DNA from: Obrimoposthia wandeli | Lineage: Eukaryota | DNA: 64,000 nucleotides | NCBI GenBank assembly: GCA_977020255.1 | Contig: CDROCS010000410.1 | Location: forward strand, 248,001-312,000 | Direction: 5' to 3' | Shown: in pieces, positions 55,365-64,000 of the stretch | Numbering within the stretch: the first letter of the stretch is position 1 | Layout of the letters: each line of letters begins with the position of its first letter | Position numbers and translations under genes: made by a program | The notes under the pieces: model-generated | What the model was told of the DNA's origin: nothing | Database searches by the model: none | The model's input: the letters and a program-made list of their open reading frames with translations, nothing else

Positions 55365-56744
55365 ATGACAACACCCGCCTTGCCTATACTAGCCACTTTT
55401 TGGAGACCTCTTATTAAGCGTATTTACTTATCCTTGCTTGTCTTAGCCTCGCAACTTGTTTTAACACCGCTAACAGCAAATGCCGACCCACTCACCAAGT
55501 ATCAATATCTACCGATTACTGTTGCTGATATGCCCTTCTTTACGACTGAAGAACAGGCAGAGCAACGCACGGATGAATATAACAATGCTATCGATGAGAT
55601 TAATCATGCTTTAGAAACATGCGATAAGAGTGAATGCATAACGTTGAAGCAACGTCAGGCTGATCTAGAATATGCAATTGACGACCACCAAGAGAAAAAT
55701 GGCAGTTCAATCATGTCTTTACTTGGCGGACCAGCGTACACGCCTGAAGTTGGCTTAATGTTGGCTGCTGGTGGGTTATTCTCGTTTAGTACCAATCGTG
55801 AAGAACAAACATTACAACGCTCAAGTGTGTCGCTATTTGCCGTAGGCACCCAAGGCGATGCAGGTATGGGTTATGGTATTCGTTCAAAGCAAAATTTGTT
55901 TTTCGATAATAATGATACGCGATTTACAGGTACCCTCACATTCAGTGATGATGCCGAAAACTACTGGGGTGTGGGTTACGACAAAGGTAAAGCACAAGAT
56001 TCATCAGCCGATACTTTGATGCGGAATACCGCACTGACCTATGACGCCAATTTATCATTTAAAAACGATTACGGTTTCTATTTTGGTCCTGCTTTACGGC
56101 TGAAATATTACCAAGCAGATGAAGATGAAATCCCGCTTACTGCACAACAAGATGACGATTTTAACGAATTTAAAGACAAACCCTTATCCATAGGTTTGGG
56201 TGTCACATTAAATTACGATACCCGAGATGTCACCGTTAACGCATGGCAAGGCCAGTATTTCAATTTTGAATACATTAACTATGGCTCGAACATCGGTAGC
56301 GACAATGATTACCAAAAGGCGCTGATCGATTATCGTTATTACTACAGCTTTAATCCAGGTCAGGTCATCGCTTTTTACAATGCCCTGCAATGGAGTAATG
56401 GTGACGTGCCGTTTTACGATATGCCGACACTTGGTGGTAGCTTTTCGCTGCGAGGCTTATACGCTGGGCGATTTAGAGATAACAACGCCATTGAGCACAC
56501 GACCGAATATCGCCACACATTCTTGCGTGATAACGGTAATTTATCTGCCCACGGCATGACTGTATGGGCAGGTATTGGTTCTGTTGCAGGCGATGCAGAC
56601 AGTAGCCATTTGTATGAAAATTTATTGTATAGCTACGGGTTTGGCTATCGCTATGAATTACAGCCAAGAATGAATGTTCGTATAGACTTCGGATTCAGTG
56701 CTGATGACAGCGGCTTTTTCCTTACTTTTACTGAAGCATTTTAA
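55365..56744 (+). CDS. POTRA-less Omp85/BamA-TamA-like beta-barrel, paralog A1
   Basis: LGG..SLRGLYAGRFRD (RGY-like L6 motif), G.GYRYE, RMNVRIDFG, C-terminal EAF. Confidence 0.82.
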   Translation: MTTPALPILATFWRPLIKRIYLSLLVLASQLVLTPLTANADPLTKYQYLPITVADMPFFTTEEQAEQRTDEYNNAIDEINHALETCDKSECITLKQRQADLEYAIDDHQEKNGSSIMSLLGGPAYTPEVGLMLAAGGLFSFSTNREEQTLQRSSVSLFAVGTQGDAGMGYGIRSKQNLFFDNNDTRFTGTLTFSDDAENYWGVGYDKGKAQDSSADTLMRNTALTYDANLSFKNDYGFYFGPALRLKYYQADEDEIPLTAQQDDDFNEFKDKPLSIGLGVTLNYDTRDVTVNAWQGQYFNFEYINYGSNIGSDNDYQKALIDYRYYYSFNPGQVIAFYNALQWSNGDVPFYDMPTLGGSFSLRGLYAGRFRDNNAIEHTTEYRHTFLRDNGNLSAHGMTVWAGIGSVAGDADSSHLYENLLYSYGFGYRYELQPRMNVRIDFGFSADDSGFFLTFTEAF

Positions 56745-56791
56745 TCACGACAAGCACTTTATATTTTTAAACTTTGGACCTTCTCAATACA

Positions 56792-57907
56792 ATGAAACGA
56801 ATAATACTTACTTTATTAACGGCTTTAACAGCGCCACTCACTTTTGCAAACAATACCGAATCTGTGGCACAAGCTGATACAGCAAGCAGTAATGCGTTAT
56901 TCCCACCGTTATTTGAACTGCAAGATGAAACTATATTTGGTTTACCGTCTCTTATGTCTCAAGATATGTCTCAAGCGCAAAATGCAGCGTTCCTGACACA
57001 GGAGGACACTGAGAGTGAAACATCAAAATTAGACCTTTCAATAGTAGATAAAAAAACAGCTAACCCGGGGAAGAAATGGGAACACGCTTTACCGTTTTTT
57101 GCCGAAGACGTCATCATGAATGGTTATGACTTACCGCTGCCATTTGGTATCAGTATTATTTATGCCAACGTCCAACAGGATATGACTTTAACCGACTTAT
57201 CGGTTGGTTACGGTGGTTCTGAAAAAGTAGATATAGACTTTGTTTCGTTTGATGACACCGAGTCCAATACCCACACCCCACAGCTAAAGTTAGATGCTTG
57301 GGTATTCCCATTCATGAATGTATTTGCCACAGTTGGTAAATTAACGGGCACCGTGGACATTAACTTCGCTATTGATGGTAATGATGCCTTAGAACAAGGA
57401 AACGTAGATTGCTCTTTAATTAAAAATCGTCCTCTATGTAAAGCCTTAAGTGACAAACGTCTTGAAGTCGAAGACATTGAAGCTAGCTTAACCGGTATGT
57501 CTTACGGGGCAGGTATGATGTTTGTCGGCGGTTGGAACAGTTACTTTATTTCTGTCCCTGTGACATTCACTTGGACCGATATGGATCGCAGTGATACCGA
57601 GGGTTATGTGGTCAATGTGCTGCCACGAGTAGGTAAACAATTTCAGTTTAATAATGGCTCAAGCTTATCACTGTACGTAGGCACAAGTTATTTAAAAAGC
57701 CAGTTAACCCTGTCTGGTTCGCAGCCAATACCAACGACAGAGCACAGTATTGATTACAAAATAGAACAAGAAAACGTCGATAAATGGATGGGGCTGGTCG
57801 GTGGTAGTTATAACTTAAGTAAACATTGGATGGTGGCTTTTGAGTATGGCGGCATCGGTGGCGCGAGTCGCCAGCAATTTATTACCAACCTGTCTTATCG
57901 TTATTAA
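56792..57907 (+). CDS. Uncharacterised small outer-membrane beta-barrel, paralog B1 (start moved to ATG 56792)
   Basis: Signal peptide; LPFF......G..LPLPFG, KLDAW.FPF.NVF..VG; ends SYRY. Confidence 0.75.
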   Translation: MKRIILTLLTALTAPLTFANNTESVAQADTASSNALFPPLFELQDETIFGLPSLMSQDMSQAQNAAFLTQEDTESETSKLDLSIVDKKTANPGKKWEHALPFFAEDVIMNGYDLPLPFGISIIYANVQQDMTLTDLSVGYGGSEKVDIDFVSFDDTESNTHTPQLKLDAWVFPFMNVFATVGKLTGTVDINFAIDGNDALEQGNVDCSLIKNRPLCKALSDKRLEVEDIEASLTGMSYGAGMMFVGGWNSYFISVPVTFTWTDMDRSDTEGYVVNVLPRVGKQFQFNNGSSLSLYVGTSYLKSQLTLSGSQPIPTTEHSIDYKIEQENVDKWMGLVGGSYNLSKHWMVAFEYGGIGGASRQQFITNLSYRY

Positions 57908-57967
57908 CCATTAGTCCATGTATTAGACTAATATTGAAGAGATTGATTATAGGGATATGGAGTCTCC

Positions 57968-59314
57968 ATGCGATTAGAAAGGAAATTCAAGAGCATCACT
58001 CGACTAGGGCTTGTTATAGTGACAGCTACCTGTTTCTCTGCATTCAACGTTATGGTCCATGCCAAACCTTCAGCAAAAGTTAAATCAACCCTAAACCGCG
58101 CTGAAACCCCTAATAAGGTGACAGAAAAACTAATCCTGCCGTATTTATTTTCTACAGACTCAATGGGGTTAAATATAGGCGTCGGTGGTATGGTCAGCGG
58201 CTATTATCAAGATCAAATGACCATAGGTGGAGCCGCATTTGGTGGTGACGTAAGTTATGGCGCAGGGCTCGGCGTTTGGGATTACCGCTTACCAAAAACA
58301 GATCGCCTATACTTTAGCATATTAGGCATGCTGGGGTACTATCCTGATCAACGAGCTTATGCCAGCCCTAGAGATACCTACACTCCAATCAGTGAACCAT
58401 TAGCTGGTAGTAATAATTCATCGAATGACCATTATATTGAAGCTAATGGGTCGTCAAATTGGTGGGAAATGAAATTAGAGTTTTCGTTACCCATCGGCGC
58501 AACCCGAACTCAGGGGATGGTTAAATATGAAACTAGCCGTGGTTTATTAACCTCTGAGCCAACTGGCGGAGAATCCTGGAACCCATTAGACACGGGAGCA
58601 TCAGTATTAATTCTAAGGCAATTTAATCGCTACCAAAGCTTTGAAACTGGACCAGACGCGATTGATGGAACTATCCATGCTTTTGAGCTGGGGTTATTAT
58701 ACAACAATACTGACTTTGCCATTAATCCCTCAACTGGCAGTAGTCAATATATTGCCATAACCCACGATCCTGCTTGGCTCGATTCCGATCGTCGATGGAC
58801 ATTCATTGATCTCGAAATGAGTAAATATGTCTCGCTTGGACAATCTGAAGGTGCATCACAACGTATTATCGCAATGAATTTTTGGACTGGGTATTCACCG
58901 TCTTGGCAACTTGAGTATGATAATGCCGGAGGTCAACAAGTGACGAATTCAGCACCGTATAATGAAGGCGCTACATTAGGCGGCTTCTATCGTATGCGTG
59001 GTTATGACCAAAATAGATTTCATGATAAAGCGGCTATTTATGGTAGCCTAGAATATCGTTATACCTTTAAACATAACCCAATTGCAGATATACGTTGGTT
59101 GAAATTCTTACGCCTTGATTGGTTTCAGTTAGTCGGCTTTGCTGAAGTTGGGCAGGTAGCGGACGCCTATACGAGCAACGCATTATTTGCGGATATAAAA
59201 ACCGATGCAGGTCTTTCCTTACGCTCCTTAATGGCAGGGATGGTGATCAGAGCTGATATTGCCGTTTCCGATGAAAGCACTAACCTATGGTTGATGGTAG
59301 ACCATCCTTTCTAA
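57968..59314 (+). CDS. POTRA-less Omp85/BamA-TamA-like beta-barrel, divergent paralog A2
   Basis: LPY.FSTDSMG, LGG.YRMRGY.QNRF.DK, ends VDHPF. Confidence 0.8.
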   Translation: MRLERKFKSITRLGLVIVTATCFSAFNVMVHAKPSAKVKSTLNRAETPNKVTEKLILPYLFSTDSMGLNIGVGGMVSGYYQDQMTIGGAAFGGDVSYGAGLGVWDYRLPKTDRLYFSILGMLGYYPDQRAYASPRDTYTPISEPLAGSNNSSNDHYIEANGSSNWWEMKLEFSLPIGATRTQGMVKYETSRGLLTSEPTGGESWNPLDTGASVLILRQFNRYQSFETGPDAIDGTIHAFELGLLYNNTDFAINPSTGSSQYIAITHDPAWLDSDRRWTFIDLEMSKYVSLGQSEGASQRIIAMNFWTGYSPSWQLEYDNAGGQQVTNSAPYNEGATLGGFYRMRGYDQNRFHDKAAIYGSLEYRYTFKHNPIADIRWLKFLRLDWFQLVGFAEVGQVADAYTSNALFADIKTDAGLSLRSLMAGMVIRADIAVSDESTNLWLMVDHPF

Positions 59315-59559
59315 ATCGATTATAGATTTACGCTATTACTTTAATAACAAACTCGTATTCAGTATATAAAGTCACCATACCTAGTGATTGATTATTGTTT
59401 TTAGCTCATTTTTTTATAACATTGCATTAACTTAAGTGCACATCTAGAATAGCCCATCTTTGTAATACCTATAATTTTCCAAGAGTTACATGACACTCTG
59501 GCATAAATTTGATTACGGGGGCTATTTTAAACGTTATAACTTTGGGTTACTGCAATACG

Positions 59560-60516
59560 ATGAAACGAATGCCTCTTACATTAACGACAGCCCTAATAAC
59601 GACTTTAGTCGCGGCTTCAACAGCGCCACTTGTTTATGCTAACGATATAACGACAACTGAAAGCACCGTTGCAGCAACAAAAAAATGGGACCGCCTGTTA
59701 CCTTTTTTTGGCGAAAGAGCCGTTATGAATGGCCATGAATTACCACTTCCATTTGGCATCAGTGTCATTTATGCCGATGCTCAGCAAGATATGACACTGA
59801 CCGATTTATCTGTTGGCTTTGCAGGTTCAAAAGAATACGACCTTGATTTCATTTCGTTTGATAACACCATATCCCACACCCAAACTCCCCAACTAAAGCT
59901 AGATGCGTGGGTACTGCCCTTTGTGAATGTATTTGCTACCTTTGGTAAGGTTATAGGAACCGCGAACATTAACTTTGCAATTGATGGGAATGAAGCCTTA
60001 AAACAAATGGGGATCAAATGCCCTTCAACAACGAATAGTGACATATGCAAAAAACTCAACAATCAACGATTTGAAATTGATGAGGTTGAAGCCGACATCA
60101 GTGGTATGTCTTACAGCACTGGTTTAGTTCTGGTTGGTGGCTGGAACAGCTATTTCATGTTATTGCCTATCGTTTTATCTTGGACTGATATGGAGCGTAA
60201 TGACAGCGACAGTTATACCGTTAATATCTCACCACGATTAGGCAAAAAATTTACATTTAATAACGGAGCTAATCTATCTTTGTATACTGGTGTGAGCTAC
60301 TTAAATAGCCAACAAACGCTATCGGGTTCACAAGTCATGGATGGAACAGGCGAGAGTTTCGACTATACAATATCTCAAGAAAATATAGATAAATGGATGG
60401 GTGTTGTCGGTGGTAGTTACAGCTTCACTAAGCACTGGTCACTGGCCTTTGAATACGGAGGTTTCGATGGTGGGAATCGTCGACATTTTGTCTCTAATTT
60501 AACTTATCGTTATTAG
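59560..60516 (+). CDS. Uncharacterised small outer-membrane beta-barrel, paralog B2 (start moved to ATG 59560)
   Basis: Collinear with B1 (LPFFG...G.ELPLPFG, TPQLKLDAW, ENIDKWMG, NL.YRY). Confidence 0.75.
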   Translation: MKRMPLTLTTALITTLVAASTAPLVYANDITTTESTVAATKKWDRLLPFFGERAVMNGHELPLPFGISVIYADAQQDMTLTDLSVGFAGSKEYDLDFISFDNTISHTQTPQLKLDAWVLPFVNVFATFGKVIGTANINFAIDGNEALKQMGIKCPSTTNSDICKKLNNQRFEIDEVEADISGMSYSTGLVLVGGWNSYFMLLPIVLSWTDMERNDSDSYTVNISPRLGKKFTFNNGANLSLYTGVSYLNSQQTLSGSQVMDGTGESFDYTISQENIDKWMGVVGGSYSFTKHWSLAFEYGGFDGGNRRHFVSNLTYRY

Positions 60517-60755
60517 CGTTTTACTATTGTTCACAGCCTAAACCACAACATACCTAGTTATACATTATTGAATACTTTCAACACCTTGCATTCATTTTCC
60601 TGCACACCTAAAATACGCCATCTTTAGAATACCAATGACTGAAATTGATTCTTCGATTGTCATAATAAAAGTCTCAATTAGCGGTAACTTTCACGTATTT
60701 TTCACAACTGTAAATTTACAATCACGCCGCTTATAAACACCATTTTGGAGATCTC

Positions 60756-62066
60756 TTGATTAAACGATTTTACGTACCTTTACTTGCTTTCACTCCGTTA
60801 ATGGTAAATGCAGATCCACTCACCGAATATCAGTATTTACCTACAGATGTAACAGAAATGCCTTTCTTTTCGACAGACACGCAAGCACAACAACGCACTG
60901 AAGAATACAACACTGCGATTGATGCACTTGATACTGCCCTTGATGACTGTGAAGCAGAAGTATGTGAAACGTTAACGCAGCGCCAAGCTGATCTTGAATA
61001 TGCTATCGATGATCACCAAGAAAAAAATGGGGCATCAATCACGTCTTGGTTAGGCGGTCCTGCTTATACTCCTGAAGTCGGTTTAATGGTCGCTGCTGGT
61101 GGTTTATTTTCGTTTAGTACTAATCGTGAAGAGCAAGAATTACAACGTTCAAGTGTGTCCTTATTTGCTGTAGGAACACAAGGTGACGCAGGTTTTGGCT
61201 ATGGTATCCGCTCAAAACAGAATCTATTTTTTGATAACAATGATACCCGTTTCAGTGGTGCGTTGACATTCAGCGATGACGCTGAGAATTACTGGGGGAT
61301 TGGTTACGAAAAAGGTAAAGCCCAAGATTCATCTGATGACACCTTGCTGCGTAATACCTCGTTGACCTATGACGCTAATCTATCGTTTAAAAATGATTAC
61401 GGTTTCTACTTTGGTCCTGCTTTACGTTTGAAATATTACCAAGCAGACGAAGATGAGATCCCACTAACGGCCAGCCTAGACGATAACTTTAACGAATTTA
61501 AAGATAAGCCTTTATCCATTGGTTTAGGTGTCACGGTCAATTACGATACTCGAGATGTCACTGTTAATGCATGGGAAGGTCAATACCTTAACTTTGAATA
61601 CATTAATTATGGTTCGGTGATCGGTAGCGACAATGATTACCAAAAAGTACTACTTGATTACCGTTACTACCATAGCTTTAATCCTGGTCGTGTTGTGGCT
61701 GTTTACAATGCGATGCAGTGGAGTAAAGGCGATGTACCTTTCTATGATATGCCAACACTCGGCGGTAGTTTCTCGCTACGCGGTTTATACGCTGGTCGTT
61801 TTAGAGATAATAATGCCATTGAGCACACGGTTGAATATCGTCACACTTTCTTGCGCGATAACGGCAATTTATCTGCCCACGGTATGACTGTTTGGGGTGG
61901 TATAGGTTCAGTTGCCGGTGACGACACTAACTTGTATGACAACCTTTTATATAGCTACGGTGTTGGTTATCGCTATGAATTACAGCCACGTATGAATGTG
62001 CGTATCGATTTTGGTATGAGTGCGGATGACAGCGGGTTCTTCCTGACGTTCACTGAAGCTTTCTAG
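60756..62066 (+). CDS. POTRA-less Omp85/BamA-TamA-like beta-barrel, paralog A3 (close paralog of A1)
   Basis: Long identical peptide blocks shared with A1; TTG start with GGAG SD. Confidence 0.82.
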   Translation: MIKRFYVPLLAFTPLMVNADPLTEYQYLPTDVTEMPFFSTDTQAQQRTEEYNTAIDALDTALDDCEAEVCETLTQRQADLEYAIDDHQEKNGASITSWLGGPAYTPEVGLMVAAGGLFSFSTNREEQELQRSSVSLFAVGTQGDAGFGYGIRSKQNLFFDNNDTRFSGALTFSDDAENYWGIGYEKGKAQDSSDDTLLRNTSLTYDANLSFKNDYGFYFGPALRLKYYQADEDEIPLTASLDDNFNEFKDKPLSIGLGVTVNYDTRDVTVNAWEGQYLNFEYINYGSVIGSDNDYQKVLLDYRYYHSFNPGRVVAVYNAMQWSKGDVPFYDMPTLGGSFSLRGLYAGRFRDNNAIEHTVEYRHTFLRDNGNLSAHGMTVWGGIGSVAGDDTNLYDNLLYSYGVGYRYELQPRMNVRIDFGMSADDSGFFLTFTEAF

Positions 62067-62168
62067 TTTGAACTCGACACCTTAAATTTTAATAGATTAA
62101 AAATCTGTTAATAAAACAATAGTATAAAAAAACAATTTGAATTTAACACTTTGGACTCTTGCAATACC

Positions 62169-63269
62169 ATGAAATTAACAACACTTGCTCTATTAACAAC
62201 CTTAACTACCCCGCTTGCTTTTGCAAACGATGCTGAACAGTTAGATCCACAATCAGATCAAGAATTAGATCAAGAATTAGATCAAAAATCAGCGGTTACT
62301 ACATTAACGCCTGAAACATCTGCAGCGATTGATTCAAGTAATAATGCTCCGTCATTCCCTGAATCATTTAAGCCTCAAGGCGAAGCGGTATTAGGGTTAC
62401 AATCACTTGAGTCTCAAACTATTGCCATTCAAGAAGAACATTGGAGTGGCTTACCTTTCTTAGGTAAGAAAGCGCGTGAAATGGGTTATCAACTCCCTAT
62501 CCCACTGGGTTTTAATGTTTTTTATAACAAGCAAGAAGTAGCTTATGTTGCGCAAGATGATTTCAAATTAGGCTTGAAAGGCGAAAGAGCCGGGCGACCA
62601 ACACATCGAGATCCGACCCCTGCACCTAAAGAAATTTCTGGTGATATAGCCATTGCAGCAGACAAGATTTCAATCACAGGCGAAGATGAAAGTGTACAAT
62701 TAAAAGTAGATGCTTGGATCTTACCTTTCTGGAATGTTTACGGATTATTGGGTTACACCAAAGGTAATAAAGATATAGCCATGGATTTATCATCAATTGG
62801 TATATCCCAACCGCTTGTATTACCAATTGAATACGAAGCTTATAATGTCGGTATTGGCCAAGTACTCGCAGGTCAAGTTGAAGTTATTCCAGGTATGCAT
62901 CCATTCGTTTTTACTGCTGTAACAGCATTTACCAATTCATGGACAACAACCACAGATAGCACGATTCAGACGTATATTGGTTCATTCCGCGCTGGTCAAC
63001 GTTACGCAGTACCGGGTGGGCAATTAGCTGTATTACTTGGTTATAACTATCAATTAATAAACCAAAATATCACAGGTTCTTACTCGTTTGACTTACCTGA
63101 TGGTTATCTTGATGTTGACTATGATGTTGCGCTTAAGAGCCAAGAAACCAGTAACATGTCTGTAAGCATGGTTTACGACTTTGGTCCAAAACAAGAATGG
63201 AACATGTTCTTAGAATATGGTTTCTTAAACTGGAACCAAGTGATCTTCTCTGTAGGTCGTCGTTTCTAA
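62169..63269 (+). CDS. Uncharacterised small outer-membrane beta-barrel, divergent paralog B3 (start moved to ATG 62169)
   Basis: LPFLG..AR..GY.LP.P.G, KVDAWILPFWNVYG..G; ends GRRF. Confidence 0.75.
   Translation: MKLTTLALLTTLTTPLAFANDAEQLDPQSDQELDQELDQKSAVTTLTPETSAAIDSSNNAPSFPESFKPQGEAVLGLQSLESQTIAIQEEHWSGLPFLGKKAREMGYQLPIPLGFNVFYNKQEVAYVAQDDFKLGLKGERAGRPTHRDPTPAPKEISGDIAIAADKISITGEDESVQLKVDAWILPFWNVYGLLGYTKGNKDIAMDLSSIGISQPLVLPIEYEAYNVGIGQVLAGQVEVIPGMHPFVFTAVTAFTNSWTTTTDSTIQTYIGSFRAGQRYAVPGGQLAVLLGYNYQLINQNITGSYSFDLPDGYLDVDYDVALKSQETSNMSVSMVYDFGPKQEWNMFLEYGFLNWNQVIFSVGRRF
62238..62285 (+). repeat. In-frame 12-bp repeat, 4 units (QLDP QSDQ ELDQ ELDQ), in the B3 N-terminal linker
   Basis: gaattagatcaa x2 plus two degenerate units. 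Confidence 0.85.
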
Positions 63270-63295
63270 TATCGACTTTACGAATGTATAGATAA

Positions 63296-63354
63296 TAAAA
63301 AGCCGTTGTTACTCTACTGTTATTTTAATTTCAGTAAGTAACAACGGCTTTTTA
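63296..63354. terminator. Bidirectional terminator with an 18-bp perfect inverted repeat
   Basis: TAAAAAGCCGTTGTTACT ... AGTAACAACGGCTTTTTA. Confidence 0.88.
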
Positions 63355-63386
63355 GTCTTAGCTAAACACTCAAATAAGTTTAAACC

Positions 63387-64000
63387 TTATTTTGAATTCT
63401 GCTCAGCTTTCTTCTTGGCTTTTTCAACACGACGTTCGTCAATGATGTGTTTAATCCCACCACCGATGTGTGACTCGCCACGTTTTTCAGCTAATTCCAT
63501 CTGACGTTCACGTTCAGCAAAACGGCTACGTTGCTCATCAGTCACTTTATCGTGACAACGATGACAGCTAAGGCCCTTCACGTAATGCTCACTTTGCAAT
63601 TCGTCTTGTGTTAACGGATAACGACAAGCGAAACACTGGTCACATTCGCCTTGCTCTAGATCGTGATTCACAGAAACACGGCCGTCGAATACAAAGCACT
63701 CGCCTTCCCACATGGTTTCTTCTTTTGGCACTTCTTCAAGATACTTAAGAATACCGCCTTCTAAGTGATAAACCTCGTCAAAACCTTGCTCTTTTAAATA
63801 AGCAGTCGATTTTTCACAACGAATACCACCAGTACAATACATAGCAACTTTCTTGTGTTTTTCTTTGTCTAAGTTGTTTTTAACATACTCAGGAAATTCA
63901 CGGAAAGTCGTTGTATTCGGGTTTACTGCGTTTTGGAATGTACCGATTTCAATTTCGTAATCGTTACGCGTATCAATCAAGATAACTTCCGGGTCAGAAA
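63387..64000 (-). CDS. trhO: tRNA uridine(34) hydroxylase, rhodanese-related (3' part; the gene continues beyond the window)
   Basis: [49 protein letters not shown]. Confidence 0.92.
   Translation of the reverse strand, partial: SDPEVILIDTRNDYEIEIGTFQNAVNPNTTTFREFPEYVKNNLDKEKHKKVAMYCTGGIRCEKSTAYLKEQGFDEVYHLEGGILKYLEEVPKEETMWEGECFVFDGRVSVNHDLEQGECDQCFACRYPLTQDELQSEHYVKGLSCHRCHDKVTDEQRSRFAERERQMELAEKRGESHIGGGIKHIIDERRVEKAKKKAEQNSK

Noticed and set aside
1-64000. tRNA, rRNA, prophage or intact transposase/integrase genes
   Set aside because: None recognised by eye; tRNAscan-SE, barrnap and Rfam scans would be needed to exclude them formally

Overview
This is a 64-kb chromosomal window from an AT-rich marine Gammaproteobacterium. 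A Moritella-like organism is an inference from gene content and style, not proven. A conserved core block (gyrA <> ubiG-nrdA-nrdB-yfaE) is flanked by accessory DNA. Left to right: (1) Housekeeping or accessory singletons, then a 5.8-11.5 kb run of cassette-type genes with eroded attC remnants and a LexA-boxed VOC gene. (2) A 14.6-kb three-gene operon encoding a 3377-aa DUF11-repeat surface protein, a 1177-aa outer-membrane beta-barrel and a double-OmpA lipoprotein. (3) A sedentary integron relic, which the ORF track does not show. It has 9 cassettes, attI, a candidate Pc, a LexA box and only the first 25 codons of intI. That fragment is fused to a diverged second copy of the gyrA 3' tail and terminator, with a 31-aa membrane ORF between the two gyrA tails. 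(4) An orphan DUF692/MNIO enzyme converging on a six-gene, carrier-protein-free amide/acyl biosynthesis and export operon. It encodes two GNAT-like proteins, a GH3 acyl-acid amido synthetase, a condensation-type acyltransferase fused to an RND adaptor, an RND permease and a stand-alone condensation protein. (5) An alternating array of three POTRA-less Omp85-like genes and three small beta-barrel genes. (6) The 3' part of trhO at the edge. I recognised no rRNA, tRNA or CRISPR array. Family names come from motif recognition, not database searches.
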